DNA of 64,000 bases. Origin: a virus. The notes beneath the pieces were generated by a model that had not been told where the DNA came from, did no database searches, and was given only the letters and a program-made list of their open reading frames with translations. The stretch is taken from positions 1 to 64,000 of the IMG/VR virus record IMGVR_UViG_3300037466_003379; one strand, given 5' to 3'. Position numbers and translations under genes: made by a program. This document shows, in pieces, positions 37,083 to 45,983 of this stretch (position 1 is its first letter; each line of letters begins with the position of its first letter).

Positions 37083-37469
37083 TTGAAGATCACGACCCTG
37101 CGCACCCTCGCAGGCACGCCAGGCTGCTCGGACTTTCCGACCTGCCCCGGCGTGCACGACCTCGACACGGACCCGGAGCACCGCTACGTGATCGCGAAGA
37201 CCATCACCGACCCGACCGAGCTGGCCGCCTTCGCGGGCGAGCTCGGCGACGGCGAGGTCCCCGGCTGGATGCCTGCAGGCTTCCTTCCCGCCGGCAACGA
37301 GGTCTTCACCCGCACCCGCCGCCTCTGGCAGTCGGGTATGCGCTCGGACCGCGACTACGTGATCACCACGCTGGTCACCGATGCCGCCGTGCTGCAGGAG
37401 TTCGCGCCGCTGATGGCCGCGGACGAGCACCTCGGTACGGTGCCCGTCCGCGCGCTGCTGGAGGTGTGA
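37083..37469 (+). CDS. Hypothetical protein with internal duplication
   Basis: C....TCPGV; YVI..T.TD...L..F unit twice; TTG start after GGAAGGGG. Confidence 0.65.
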   Translation: MKITTLRTLAGTPGCSDFPTCPGVHDLDTDPEHRYVIAKTITDPTELAAFAGELGDGEVPGWMPAGFLPAGNEVFTRTRRLWQSGMRSDRDYVITTLVTDAAVLQEFAPLMAADEHLGTVPVRALLEV

Positions 37470-37472
37470 CCG

Positions 37473-38036
37473 ATGGGTGAGCTGCTCGATGTGCAGGGCC
37501 TGGTCGACGTGCTGAACGAGGGCTCCAGCTCCTCCGGTGACGTGATCTTCCGGCTGGAGCAGATCCCTGAGTACACGGTCGAGTCCGACGGCGGCGACTT
37601 CCAGGCGTGGTCCCGCGGCGTCCGGGAGCCGAACTGGGACCGCAAGCGCGGCTACACGGACCTCCTGGAGGCCCGCACCGCAGCCGGGGTCACCTCGCAG
37701 CGCGTGCGCGTCTTCTCGCCGAACCTGACCGACTACGAGCGCTACGCCTGCGAGTGGGGCTACGCGATCAACGGCCAGTACGGCGAGGACATCCGCGTGC
37801 TGCACCGCGGCGAGCATCGCGTGCCGCCGCTCCTCGGCTTCGACTACTGGCTCCTCGGCCGCGAGACCGTGGTGCGCATGCACTACGACGAGGTCGGTCG
37901 CTTCTGCGGCGCCGAGCTGGCGCCCGAGCTGCTCCGCCAGGTCCTCCGCGAGCGCGACGCGCTGTGGCAGGTCGCGGAGCCGTTCGACACCTGGTACCAG
38001 CAGCACCCCGAGTTCAGACGGCGATTGGCGGCCTGA
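37473..38036 (+). CDS. DUF6879-like protein
   Basis: FRLE..PEY, RVRV...LTDYERY, GEDIR, DYWL...VVRMHYDE.GRF.G. Confidence 0.8.
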   Translation: MGELLDVQGLVDVLNEGSSSSGDVIFRLEQIPEYTVESDGGDFQAWSRGVREPNWDRKRGYTDLLEARTAAGVTSQRVRVFSPNLTDYERYACEWGYAINGQYGEDIRVLHRGEHRVPPLLGFDYWLLGRETVVRMHYDEVGRFCGAELAPELLRQVLRERDALWQVAEPFDTWYQQHPEFRRRLAA

Positions 38037-38042
38037 CCTGCG

Positions 38043-38894
38043 ATGACAGACAGCACTGCGGAGGAGCGGTCCGAGCGGAAGTTCGGGCCGCTCCTTCGTG
38101 CTGCACGGGAGGCGGCCGAGCTCCGCCAGCGGGACGTCGCGGACCGCAGCGGCATCCCGCAGACCCGGCTGTCCCGCATGGAGAAGGACCCGCCGCTGGC
38201 CATGCCCACGCCGGAGCAGGCTCGCACGCTGGCCGACCTCTACCAGCTCGACGACGATGACCGCGCGTTCATCCTCCAGGCCGCAGACGACCACGCAGGC
38301 CGGAAGGACCGCCGCTATCACGTCATGGCCGGGACGAACGTCCTCAGCACGCAGCGGCTGTTCACGCTCCTCGAGCGGGAGGCCAAGCGTCTCCGGGCCT
38401 TCTCTGCCGGCGTCGTCCCCGGATCCGCGCAGACACCCCGGTACGTCGCCGCGATCATGGGCGAGGACGACGAGGCCGGGCCCAGCACGCAGGCGCGGCT
38501 CCCCCGGCTGATCGGGCATCCGGCGAACGCCGGCAAGCAGTACGAGCTGGTCCTCACCGAGTCGGCCGCCGTCATCGCGCTCGCCGCGGACAACGTGATG
38601 GCCGAGCAGTTCGAGGAGCTGGTCCGTCTCTCGGAGCGCCCGAACGTCGACCTCCGGATCATCCGGCGCGGTACGCGGCTCACGCCCTGGACGGTCCCCG
38701 CCATCACCATCTACGACGACGGCCCGGTGGTCCTCGGCCAGCTCCTCGACGGGTACATCCGGTTCGACGAGGGCGAGGACCTCGCCACGAAGTACATCGC
38801 CGAGTTCGAGCGACTGCAGGCCGCGGCGGCAGGTGGCGACGAGGCACGCGAGGCACTCCGGGACATCGCAGCCTGGTATCGGTCGCGGGATTGA
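38043..38894 (+). CDS. XRE-HTH + DUF5753 regulator
   Basis: LRAAREAAELRQRDVA..SGI....LSRME; VPG..QT..Y; LSERPNVDLRII. Confidence 0.85.
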   Translation: MTDSTAEERSERKFGPLLRAAREAAELRQRDVADRSGIPQTRLSRMEKDPPLAMPTPEQARTLADLYQLDDDDRAFILQAADDHAGRKDRRYHVMAGTNVLSTQRLFTLLEREAKRLRAFSAGVVPGSAQTPRYVAAIMGEDDEAGPSTQARLPRLIGHPANAGKQYELVLTESAAVIALAADNVMAEQFEELVRLSERPNVDLRIIRRGTRLTPWTVPAITIYDDGPVVLGQLLDGYIRFDEGEDLATKYIAEFERLQAAAAGGDEAREALRDIAAWYRSRD

Positions 38895-38973
38895 TCCGGC
38901 GCGCCCTCTGGCCAGCGGGCTGAGGCTGGGTTACATTATACCGGTAAACCGGACCGCCGACTTAGGAGGGCTC

Positions 38974-39333
38974 ATGCCCAGGCCCCTGCCGCTGCCGACG
39001 CACGAGCCCGACGCCGAGGCCCGCGAGATCATCGACCGCATCTACGCCTACGCCCGCGACACCGACGACGACACCACCAGCGAGGAACGACTCCAGCGCC
39101 TGGCCTCCGCCATGCACATCTGGATCGCCGCCGAGGCCAGCTGGGAGCACGTCCTCGTCGAAGCCAAGAGCCAGGCCAACCCCGGCTGGCTCTCCTGGGA
39201 CCGCCTGGTCGAGAAGACGAAGATGCGGCTCTCCACGATGCAGGACCGCATCGGCAAGGGCCCGGCCCGGTACCGCGCCACCCAGGTCCACCACGAGCTG
39301 CCCTCCCCCCGGCGTAGCCGCGAGGTCGCGTAG
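38974..39333 (+). CDS. Small HTH-like protein
   Basis: AGGAGG RBS; LSWDRLVEKTKMRLSTMQDR. Confidence 0.6.
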   Translation: MPRPLPLPTHEPDAEAREIIDRIYAYARDTDDDTTSEERLQRLASAMHIWIAAEASWEHVLVEAKSQANPGWLSWDRLVEKTKMRLSTMQDRIGKGPARYRATQVHHELPSPRRSREVA

Positions 39334-39364
39334 CCCCTCCCCGCTCCGCTCCGGCGGTAGCGGT

Positions 39365-39640
39365 CTGACCTGCGTGTTGCACTGCAACATCGCGACATAG
39401 GAACACCCGCACACTGCGACGGCGTCACGGTGTGCGGGTGTTCTGCTGTTGCGGCGTTGCTCTGTCGCGTTGTGCCCCTGTCGCACCGCGACTCCGTTGC
39501 GGTGTTGCTGCGACACGCCGTTGCGCTGTGCGCCTGTCGCACCGTCACAGTGCTGCTACGTTGCCCAGCGACACTGCGACACCCGAACAGAGCAACGGTG
39601 TGCCACCCACACACCGTGTCGCTGTGCCACTGCAACACGA
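39365..39640. repeat. Degenerate ~8-bp-period TGTTGC/TGTCGC/GCAACA/GCGACA array (candidate parS-L)
   Basis: Dense repeats directly upstream of parA. Confidence 0.7.
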
Positions 39641-39674
39641 CCCCAACGCGCCCGACCCGACCCCGAGGTGATCA

Positions 39675-40463
39675 GTGCCTGCCGAGACGATCTGCATGGC
39701 GAACTTCAAGGGCGGGGTCGCGAAGTCGACGACGTCCGTCAACGTGGCCGCCACGCTCGCCCAGCGCGGCCATCGGACGCTCCTGGTCGACTGCGACCCG
39801 CAGGCCAACTCCAGCGAGATGTTCCTCGACGAGGACGCCATCGAGATGGACCTCCGCTCGATCATCGTCGAGAAGGAGGAGACCGAGAAGGTCATCCAGC
39901 AGACGCGGATCGGGAACCTCGACGTCCTGCCGGCCAGCTTCGACCTGGCGTTCCTGGACAAGGAACTCGTCGTGTCGCCGAACGGCGTGCAGCGCATCGA
40001 CCGCGCGCTCCGGCCCGTCCGCGAGCTGTACGACTACATCGTGATCGACACCGGCCCGAACCTGTCGCACCTGACGCTGGGCGCGCTCGCCGCGTCCCAG
40101 CACGTCGTCATCCCGGTCTCCGCGACCGTGTGGGCGTCGAAGGGGCTGCTCAAGTTCGTCCGGTGGATCGACGGCAACCGCGACGAGGAGGTGCTCGCCG
40201 CCGAGCTTCTCGGCCTCGTCGCGACGATCGTGCAGCCGAGCACCCGGATCGGGCGCGCCCTGCTCGAGGACCTGCCGCAGTCGGGCATGCCGAGCTTCCG
40301 CACCTTCATCCCGCGGCGGATCAAGGCTGAGGACGCCGTTATGGACCGGCTCGTCGTGGGGGAGCCTGGCGTCGACATCAGCCTCACCACGGCCTATCAG
40401 GATCTGACGACCGAGCTGGTCGAGCGGATCGCGAAGGCGAAGGGGCCACGCCATGCCCGGTAA
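39675..40463 (+). CDS. parA: ParA partition ATPase
   Basis: NFKGGVAKST, LLVDCDPQAN, YDYIVIDTGP. Confidence 0.93.
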   Translation: MPAETICMANFKGGVAKSTTSVNVAATLAQRGHRTLLVDCDPQANSSEMFLDEDAIEMDLRSIIVEKEETEKVIQQTRIGNLDVLPASFDLAFLDKELVVSPNGVQRIDRALRPVRELYDYIVIDTGPNLSHLTLGALAASQHVVIPVSATVWASKGLLKFVRWIDGNRDEEVLAAELLGLVATIVQPSTRIGRALLEDLPQSGMPSFRTFIPRRIKAEDAVMDRLVVGEPGVDISLTTAYQDLTTELVERIAKAKGPRHAR

Positions 40464-40839
40464 GAGCCGCGGCTTCGGCGGGAACCTCCTCGGCGGGACC
40501 GTCAGGCCGATCCCTGACGACGACGAGCCGACGCCCGCGCCCACGACCACCCCGGAGCCCGCTCCGGCCCCGCCAGCGCAAGCTGAGGCGACGCAGCAGG
40601 CCGCCCCGGCGCCGCGGCCCCGAGCAGTCCCCGATCCGGAGCCGGAGCCGACCCCGGTCTCTGAGTCCAGCCGCGCTCGGAAAGGGCCGCCCGCGACCAT
40701 CCGCCTGAACGGCACGGCGGGGGAGGCTCTGTGGCAGGCGTACCTCGAAGCCAAGGCGCGCGACCACTTCCTCAGCTATCGGCAGTTCGCCTCCGACGTC
40801 GTCATGGACGGACTCATCCGCCAGAAGCGGCGCCGCTGA
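40453..40839 (+). CDS. Small ParA partner / centromere-binding protein (type Ib-like)
   Basis: Overlaps parA; disordered N-terminus, RHH-like C-terminus. Confidence 0.65.
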   Translation: MPGKSRGFGGNLLGGTVRPIPDDDEPTPAPTTTPEPAPAPPAQAEATQQAAPAPRPRAVPDPEPEPTPVSESSRARKGPPATIRLNGTAGEALWQAYLEAKARDHFLSYRQFASDVVMDGLIRQKRRR

Positions 40840-40843
40840 GCCT

Positions 40844-40877
40844 CTGACCAGCATGTTGCACTGCAACACTGCAACAC
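40844..40877. repeat. Candidate parS-R
   Basis: CTGACC-agca-TGTTGCACTGCAACA-CTGCAACA matches 39365-39389. Confidence 0.65.
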
Positions 40878-40896
40878 GGAGCGGTATAATGGCCCA

Positions 40897-40992
40897 GCGT
40901 GACTAGCCCTAGCGCGGAACCCAGATCCGACCTTCTCGCGCAGTCACTCCAGGACCACTCGGCCCCGGCCTCTACGGAGGTCGGGGCCTTTT
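40897..40992 (+). ncRNA. Candidate ~95-nt small RNA or attenuator leader
   Basis: TATAAT at 40885-40890, GTGACT/AGTCAC stem, terminator ggccccggcctc-tacg-gaggtcggggcc-tttt (40961-40992). Confidence 0.45.
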
Positions 40993-41114
40993 CGTTAGCG
41001 GCCGTAACCAACCGCCCACAGCGGACGATCAACTACCCGAACGCCGCCCGAGCCGTTGACACCCCCAGCGGCCCGAAGCGTGCTCCCCGGCACCTGAAAG
41101 TGAGTTACCCCCCG

Positions 41115-42659
41115 ATGGCTCACCCTGCTCTGCCCATGCCCGAACGCGCCGAATCCCCGTCCGGCCGCCACCACCGCCCCGAGATCTCCATCCCGGCCCA
41201 GCGCGCCGCGGCCGAGGACATCACCCAGGCGATCCCGAAGGTCCGCGCCGACTGGCGCGAGGCGCCCACTACGCGCTTCCCAGCCGTCCAGCGGCTGGTC
41301 GAGGTGACCCGCGCGCTGCCGCGCGTCCCTCGCGGCGTCGCGCTGCGCCGGCCGAACCTGGAGACCGAGGTGACGGTCAAGGCGAACCCGTGGCTCGTCG
41401 CCTTCCTGTTCGCCGTCGTCGGCGCCGCCGCAGCCGCATGGTTCTCGTGGCGCGGAGCCCCGTCCTGGTCGATCTACGGCATCGCCGTCTCGGTCCTCCT
41501 CGGCGCGAAGCTGCTGCTGTCGCTGCTCCCGCCGCCCCGCTGGGAGCCCGCCCCCGAGGGGAAGCGGGTCTGCGTCGTCGTCCCGATCTTCAACGAGGAC
41601 CCCGAGATCCTCGCCCGCTGCCTCGCCTCGATCGACGCCCAGACTTACCAGCCGACCCACGTCCGGATCATCGACGACGGCTCCTCCGCCCCCGAGGCCC
41701 ACAACTACGCGATCCAGTGGGCGATGGACCGCGCCAACGCCCGCGTGATCTTCCAGCACAACGCCGGCAAGCGTGAGGCGATGGGGCAGGCGTTCCGCGA
41801 GCTCGGCGAGCAGGTCGACCTGTTCGTGTGCGTCGACTCCGACACGGTCCTCGAGCCCGAGGCCATCCGCGAGGGCCTCGCCCCGTTCTCGGACCCGCGC
41901 ACCGCCGCCGTCACCGGCACCGTCGTCGCCCTCAACCAGGACCGCGGCCTGCTGCCCGGCCTGCTCGACCTGCGGTACGTCAACGCCTTCCTCTACGAGC
42001 GGGCCGCCTACAGCCGCCTCGGCTCCGTCCTCTGCGTGTGCGGCTCCCTGGCGATCTGGCGGGCGGACATCGTCCGCGCCCACCTCGACGACTTCCTCGG
42101 CCAGCAGTTCCTGGGGGAGCCCTGCTCGTACGGCGACGACCGGCACTTGACGAACCTGTCGCTACTGCACGGCCGCGTCGTCCTCGCGCACAAGGCGATC
42201 GCGCGCACCGCCGTGCCAGAGAAGGGCGGGCACCTGATCCGCCAGCAGGTCCGGTGGGGCCGCTCCTTCTTCCGCGAGTCCCTGTGGGCGCTGCGGAACC
42301 TGGGGCCGAAGCGCGCCGCCTGGTGGCTGTCCGCCCTGGAGTCCGTGTCCTGGGCCGGGTTCACCGTCGGCATGATGTTGTCCCTGTTCGTCCTGCCGGC
42401 GATCAGCGGGCAGGCTCACTGGCTGGACTACCTGGGCTGGGTGTTCCTCGCCGGGTACGGCCGCTCGGTGCACGTCTTCTCGGTGCGGCGCACCAGCTGG
42501 GCGCGCTGGCGGCAGGCCGCGATCTTCCTCCTCGCCCCGGCCTACGGGATGATCCACGTCCTCGTGCTGCTGCCGCTGCGGCTCTACTCCCTCGCCACGC
42601 TCCGCGCGACGAGCTGGGGCACCCGCTCCGGCGGCGTCGAGGTCGCCGAGACGGCCTGA
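41115..42659 (+). CDS. GT2 processive glycosyltransferase, hyaluronan synthase/NodC-like
   Basis: VPIFNED, IIDDGS, NAGKREA, VDSDT, CGSL, YGDDRHLTN, QQVRW, SWGTR; TM helices; start chosen after GAAAGTGAG. Confidence 0.88.
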   Translation: MAHPALPMPERAESPSGRHHRPEISIPAQRAAAEDITQAIPKVRADWREAPTTRFPAVQRLVEVTRALPRVPRGVALRRPNLETEVTVKANPWLVAFLFAVVGAAAAAWFSWRGAPSWSIYGIAVSVLLGAKLLLSLLPPPRWEPAPEGKRVCVVVPIFNEDPEILARCLASIDAQTYQPTHVRIIDDGSSAPEAHNYAIQWAMDRANARVIFQHNAGKREAMGQAFRELGEQVDLFVCVDSDTVLEPEAIREGLAPFSDPRTAAVTGTVVALNQDRGLLPGLLDLRYVNAFLYERAAYSRLGSVLCVCGSLAIWRADIVRAHLDDFLGQQFLGEPCSYGDDRHLTNLSLLHGRVVLAHKAIARTAVPEKGGHLIRQQVRWGRSFFRESLWALRNLGPKRAAWWLSALESVSWAGFTVGMMLSLFVLPAISGQAHWLDYLGWVFLAGYGRSVHVFSVRRTSWARWRQAAIFLLAPAYGMIHVLVLLPLRLYSLATLRATSWGTRSGGVEVAETA

Positions 42660-42664
42660 GAACG

Positions 42665-42710
42665 ACGAAGAGGCCCCCGGCCGCCGTGTGGCGGCCGGGG
42701 GCCTCTTCGT
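42665..42710. terminator. Bidirectional terminator, 21-bp stem
   Basis: acgaagaggcccccggccgcc-gtgt-ggcggccgggggcctcttcgt. Confidence 0.85.
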
Positions 42711-43787
42711 TCAGCGCTCGTACTCGATGCCCAGGTGCAGGCCGCCCGGTGCCGCGTAGCGGGCCACGAGGAACGTGCACCAGCCCGGGAGCGGCTGCGC
42801 GGGCAGCGACAGGTTCCCGATCAGCGGAGCGTTCACCACCAGGTTCTTCACCTGCGGCGTCCGGTAGGTGATGTCGGTGAAGTAGAAGACCCGCAGGTAC
42901 TCCAGGAACCCGGACGGCTTGAGACGACCCGTCGAGTCCACGGCTTCCTGGCCACCGGCCCATCCGCACGTGATGCTCGAGACCGAGCCGTTCCCGCGCC
43001 AGCCTCCGCCGCCTGGCACCGCCGGGACGAGCGCGCTGTGGACCTCGCCGGAGCGCGGCCACTGGGCGGGGTCGAGGTCCTGCCACCGGCCACCGGCCGG
43101 GTCGGCCGGGTAGTCGGTGGCGGGGAAGCTGATGAGCGCCACGGCGTCCTCCGAGCTGCGGCCCGCCGGACCGGCGGGCGATGGTTGTGGGGGAGCGAAG
43201 GCCGGGTACTGGCCGTAGTTGTCGGCCCGGATCTGGTCGACGTCGCACTGGACGCCGCCCACGTTCGTTGTGCCGACCTGCTGGTAGAGCTGGGAGCGGT
43301 CGTCGATGTGCCCGTACTGCCATCCGGCGGCGGACCAGCCGAAGGTGGCGTAGCCGCGGTCCAGGGCGTCGGAGATGACGGAGCGGCCGCCGTAGACGCC
43401 GAGCTTCGCGACGCCGACGACGGAGCCACAGCCGTCCGCGTAGGCGCGGGCCAGCGGGAGATCCTTCGTGACGACGTCCTCGTCGAAGGCGAAGTACACG
43501 CAGCCGACCCGCCCCCAGTCGAGCCCGAGGTCGGCGAGGTGCGCCTTCACTGCCTGGGCGTCAGCGACCCCGCGAGCTCGGCCGCCGCGCCACGACCCGG
43601 TGGTGTCCTCGTAGACGAGGATCAGCTCCAGCCCGTTCGCGAGGTAGTCGGACACCTGCTCGGCGCTGGGCGCCTTCCGCCGGCCCGGGGTGCCCACGTA
43701 GAGCGCGATCGCCCGATAGCCCGCGGCGCGGACCTGGGCGCCGGTCGGATGGCCGACGCAGTCGATCGCGAGGCCGACGACGCTCAC
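42711..43787 (-). CDS. Endolysin, DUF1906/Rv2525c-like glycoside hydrolase
   Basis: GL.LILVYE, G.ADAQA, VYFAFDED, GVYGG, LYQQ....VGGVQCDVD; adjacent to holin. Confidence 0.8.
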   Translation of the reverse strand: MSVVGLAIDCVGHPTGAQVRAAGYRAIALYVGTPGRRKAPSAEQVSDYLANGLELILVYEDTTGSWRGGRARGVADAQAVKAHLADLGLDWGRVGCVYFAFDEDVVTKDLPLARAYADGCGSVVGVAKLGVYGGRSVISDALDRGYATFGWSAAGWQYGHIDDRSQLYQQVGTTNVGGVQCDVDQIRADNYGQYPAFAPPQPSPAGPAGRSSEDAVALISFPATDYPADPAGGRWQDLDPAQWPRSGEVHSALVPAVPGGGGWRGNGSVSSITCGWAGGQEAVDSTGRLKPSGFLEYLRVFYFTDITYRTPQVKNLVVNAPLIGNLSLPAQPLPGWCTFLVARYAAPGGLHLGIEYER

Positions 43788-44194
43788 CGATCACCGTCCT
43801 GGGTCGTGGCCGGCGGAGCGGCCGTCAGCTGCGGGCAGTAGTAGACGGCGCCGCTGTCGGTGGCGTAGCAGTCGCCGACCTTCACGCCGACGTGGATGTG
43901 CACGACCGGCGCCGGGACGGCGACGACCTCGTGCTGCACGACCGGGGCGACCTCGCCGACCGGGGTCGCGAGCCGCACGGTCGGGGCCGCGTCCGGGCGG
44001 CCCTGCCACAGCCCGAGGTCGGCGCCGAGGAAGGCGACGGACACGAGCGCCAGCAGCACCAGTCCAGCGGCGCCACCAGCGAGCAGATGAGGGGGCCGGA
44101 GGCTCCGCGACGCGAAACCCCGGCGGGAGTGCCTGGGGGACAACTGGGCCGCCTTCCGGAGGGGTTGGGGCCGTCGGGTCCGCGCCCTCTCCAC
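43784..44194 (-). CDS. Membrane protein of lysis cassette
   Basis: Single TM; coupled to endolysin. Confidence 0.5.
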   Translation of the reverse strand: MERARTRRPQPLRKAAQLSPRHSRRGFASRSLRPPHLLAGGAAGLVLLALVSVAFLGADLGLWQGRPDAAPTVRLATPVGEVAPVVQHEVVAVPAPVVHIHVGVKVGDCYATDSGAVYYCPQLTAAPPATTQDGDR

Positions 44195-44221
44195 ACGGAC
44201 CCGACGGCGATCATGGGACGC

Positions 44222-44602
44222 CTACTCGGCGGCGGCCGCGGCGGAGAGCACCGCGATCTGGGCTGCCGTCTGCCCGGAGGCGGGAACGGCGGGGAACTCG
44301 ACGGTCGCCGGACCGGACGGCGCCGCAGGTACGTTGCCGACGGCGACGTCCGCGGGGGCGACCACGGTCGGTGCGACCGGGGCCGCTGGTGGGGCCTGGG
44401 CGCCGGCCAGCGCGGAGATCCGCACCCCGGCGACCTTGAGCAGGCACAGCAACGCGGCCGTGCCGCCCCCGGCGAGCGCGGCCCGCCAGTCGAACGTGTG
44501 CAGCTCGACCGCTGTCCCTCCGGCGGTGATTGCGCCGGCGAGGGACTGCACGAACGTCCAGCCGACGCGCTCGGCCAGGTCGATCCACGGCTTGGTGGTC
44601 AT
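44222..44602 (-). CDS. Holin (r1t-like)
   Basis: W.DLAERVGWTFVQS...DWRAALAGG.TAALL.LLK. Confidence 0.78.
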   Translation of the reverse strand: MTTKPWIDLAERVGWTFVQSLAGAITAGGTAVELHTFDWRAALAGGGTAALLCLLKVAGVRISALAGAQAPPAAPVAPTVVAPADVAVGNVPAAPSGPATVEFPAVPASGQTAAQIAVLSAAAAAE

Positions 44603-45039
44603 GACGGGTCGGGCTCCTTCCGGGGTGCCGTCCGCCGCCTGCGAGGCTTCGGCGCGGCCGGGGGCTCTGGGGTGTCGAACAGGCCTTCGGGGATCACCCC
44701 GTCGGGCACGGACACGGCCGGGGCCGGGGGGACGTCGCCGCCGAGGCCGCGGATCCGGTCGATGAGGGTCCGCAGGTATTCCCGCAGCCAGGCGATCTCT
44801 GCGCGCAGCGCGTTCTCCCGGCGGGCGAACTTCGCGCGCTCGGTCTCGACCAGCCCGGACCAGTAGGCGACTTCCTCCCGCAGCACGGGCAGTAGGGAGA
44901 CGGCGGTCTTCACGGCGTCGGCGTCGGACTTCGACCGGGCCGCGCGGCGCTTCGCTCCGATGGTGAACAGGGCCGAGATCCCGGCCGCGCCACCGAGTGC
45001 ACCGAACACCTGGCTGGCCTGGTCGGCGATTCCGCTCAC
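44599..45039 (-). CDS. TM + coiled-coil lysis-region protein
   Basis: N-terminal TM, coiled coil, PP.P tail. Confidence 0.65.
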   Translation of the reverse strand: MSGIADQASQVFGALGGAAGISALFTIGAKRRAARSKSDADAVKTAVSLLPVLREEVAYWSGLVETERAKFARRENALRAEIAWLREYLRTLIDRIRGLGGDVPPAPAVSVPDGVIPEGLFDTPEPPAAPKPRRRRTAPRKEPDPS

Positions 45040-45497
45040 GGGCTTTCTCCGAGCTCAGGTGGAGGGCGCAGCTTCTCCACCCGGTAGTCGAGCGAGTGCG
45101 AGATGTGCAGCACGGCGACGGCGAAGTAGACGATCGGCCCGGTCAGGGCTGCGTGCGGGTCGTGCCGGACGGCCTCGATGAGCGCGATTGACCACAGCAG
45201 GTACAGGACGCCGCCGAAGGTGAACGCCCAGCGCAGCGGCCGGAGCCCGGCACCACGCCCGGCGAGCATCGACGCCGCGAGCGCCCCGAACACCAGCCCC
45301 CAGGTCGTGGCGCCGCCGTACTGGCGGATCACCGCGAAGGACGGGCCTGCGACGCGGAGCGGGTCCCCGGCGAGCAGCACCCACGCCATTCCCGTCGCGG
45401 CGGCGCCGAGCGCGAGCCAGCCGCGGCGCAGGACGTCCTTCTCGTCCCACACGGCATCCACGTCCGGGGCGACGTCGAGCACCCGGGGGAGCTTCAC
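45036..45497 (-). CDS. 4-TM membrane protein
   Basis: Hydrophobic, coupled. Confidence 0.65.
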   Translation of the reverse strand: MKLPRVLDVAPDVDAVWDEKDVLRRGWLALGAAATGMAWVLLAGDPLRVAGPSFAVIRQYGGATTWGLVFGALAASMLAGRGAGLRPLRWAFTFGGVLYLLWSIALIEAVRHDPHAALTGPIVYFAVAVLHISHSLDYRVEKLRPPPELGESP

Positions 45498-45970
45498 TGG
45501 GTGGCCACCGGGGTGACGGGCGGCCGCGGGGCCGGAACGACCGTGGCGACCTGCCAGTCGTAGTCACCCCGCAGGCAGCTCCGGCTGTCCGGATGCCGGT
45601 TCGGCCAGGCGATCTCGACGACCCGGTAGTGGGTGCCGCCGAGCTCGATCTCCTGGCCCTCGATCAGCGGCGCCGGTAGCGCTGTCTCGGCGAGCCGGGC
45701 GCCCGTCTCGTCGACGACCCGCACCTTCGCGGGCGGGGTGCCGTCGACGAGACGGATCCCCTCGACCGCCGTCGCGACCTCCGGTTCGGACTCCACGACC
45801 AGCTCAGCGGAGGCGCCGTCCTCGGCGACGACGACGTCGAGCAGCGTGTGCTGCCAGGTCGGGTCGAGGCCGGGCAGGGTGATCCGGGTGCGGAGCAGCC
45901 CGTCGAACGAGTCGGGATTGAACAGGCCGGGGCCGTCCGCGTAGACGGTCACGCGCGTCGTGAGGGTCAT
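45494..45970 (-). CDS. Hypothetical protein
   Basis: Coupled. Confidence 0.65.
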   Translation of the reverse strand: MTLTTRVTVYADGPGLFNPDSFDGLLRTRITLPGLDPTWQHTLLDVVVAEDGASAELVVESEPEVATAVEGIRLVDGTPPAKVRVVDETGARLAETALPAPLIEGQEIELGGTHYRVVEIAWPNRHPDSRSCLRGDYDWQVATVVPAPRPPVTPVATQ

Positions 45971-45983
45971 CTCGGGGGGCCTT

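Noticed and set aside
39430-39674. Cys-rich ORFs upstream of parA
   Set aside because: Artefact of translating TGTTGC/TGTCGC repeats
40899-41114. N-terminal 72 codons of the GT2 ORF
   Set aside because: Contains a terminator-like hairpin; ATG 41115 has an RBS-like GAAAGTGAG
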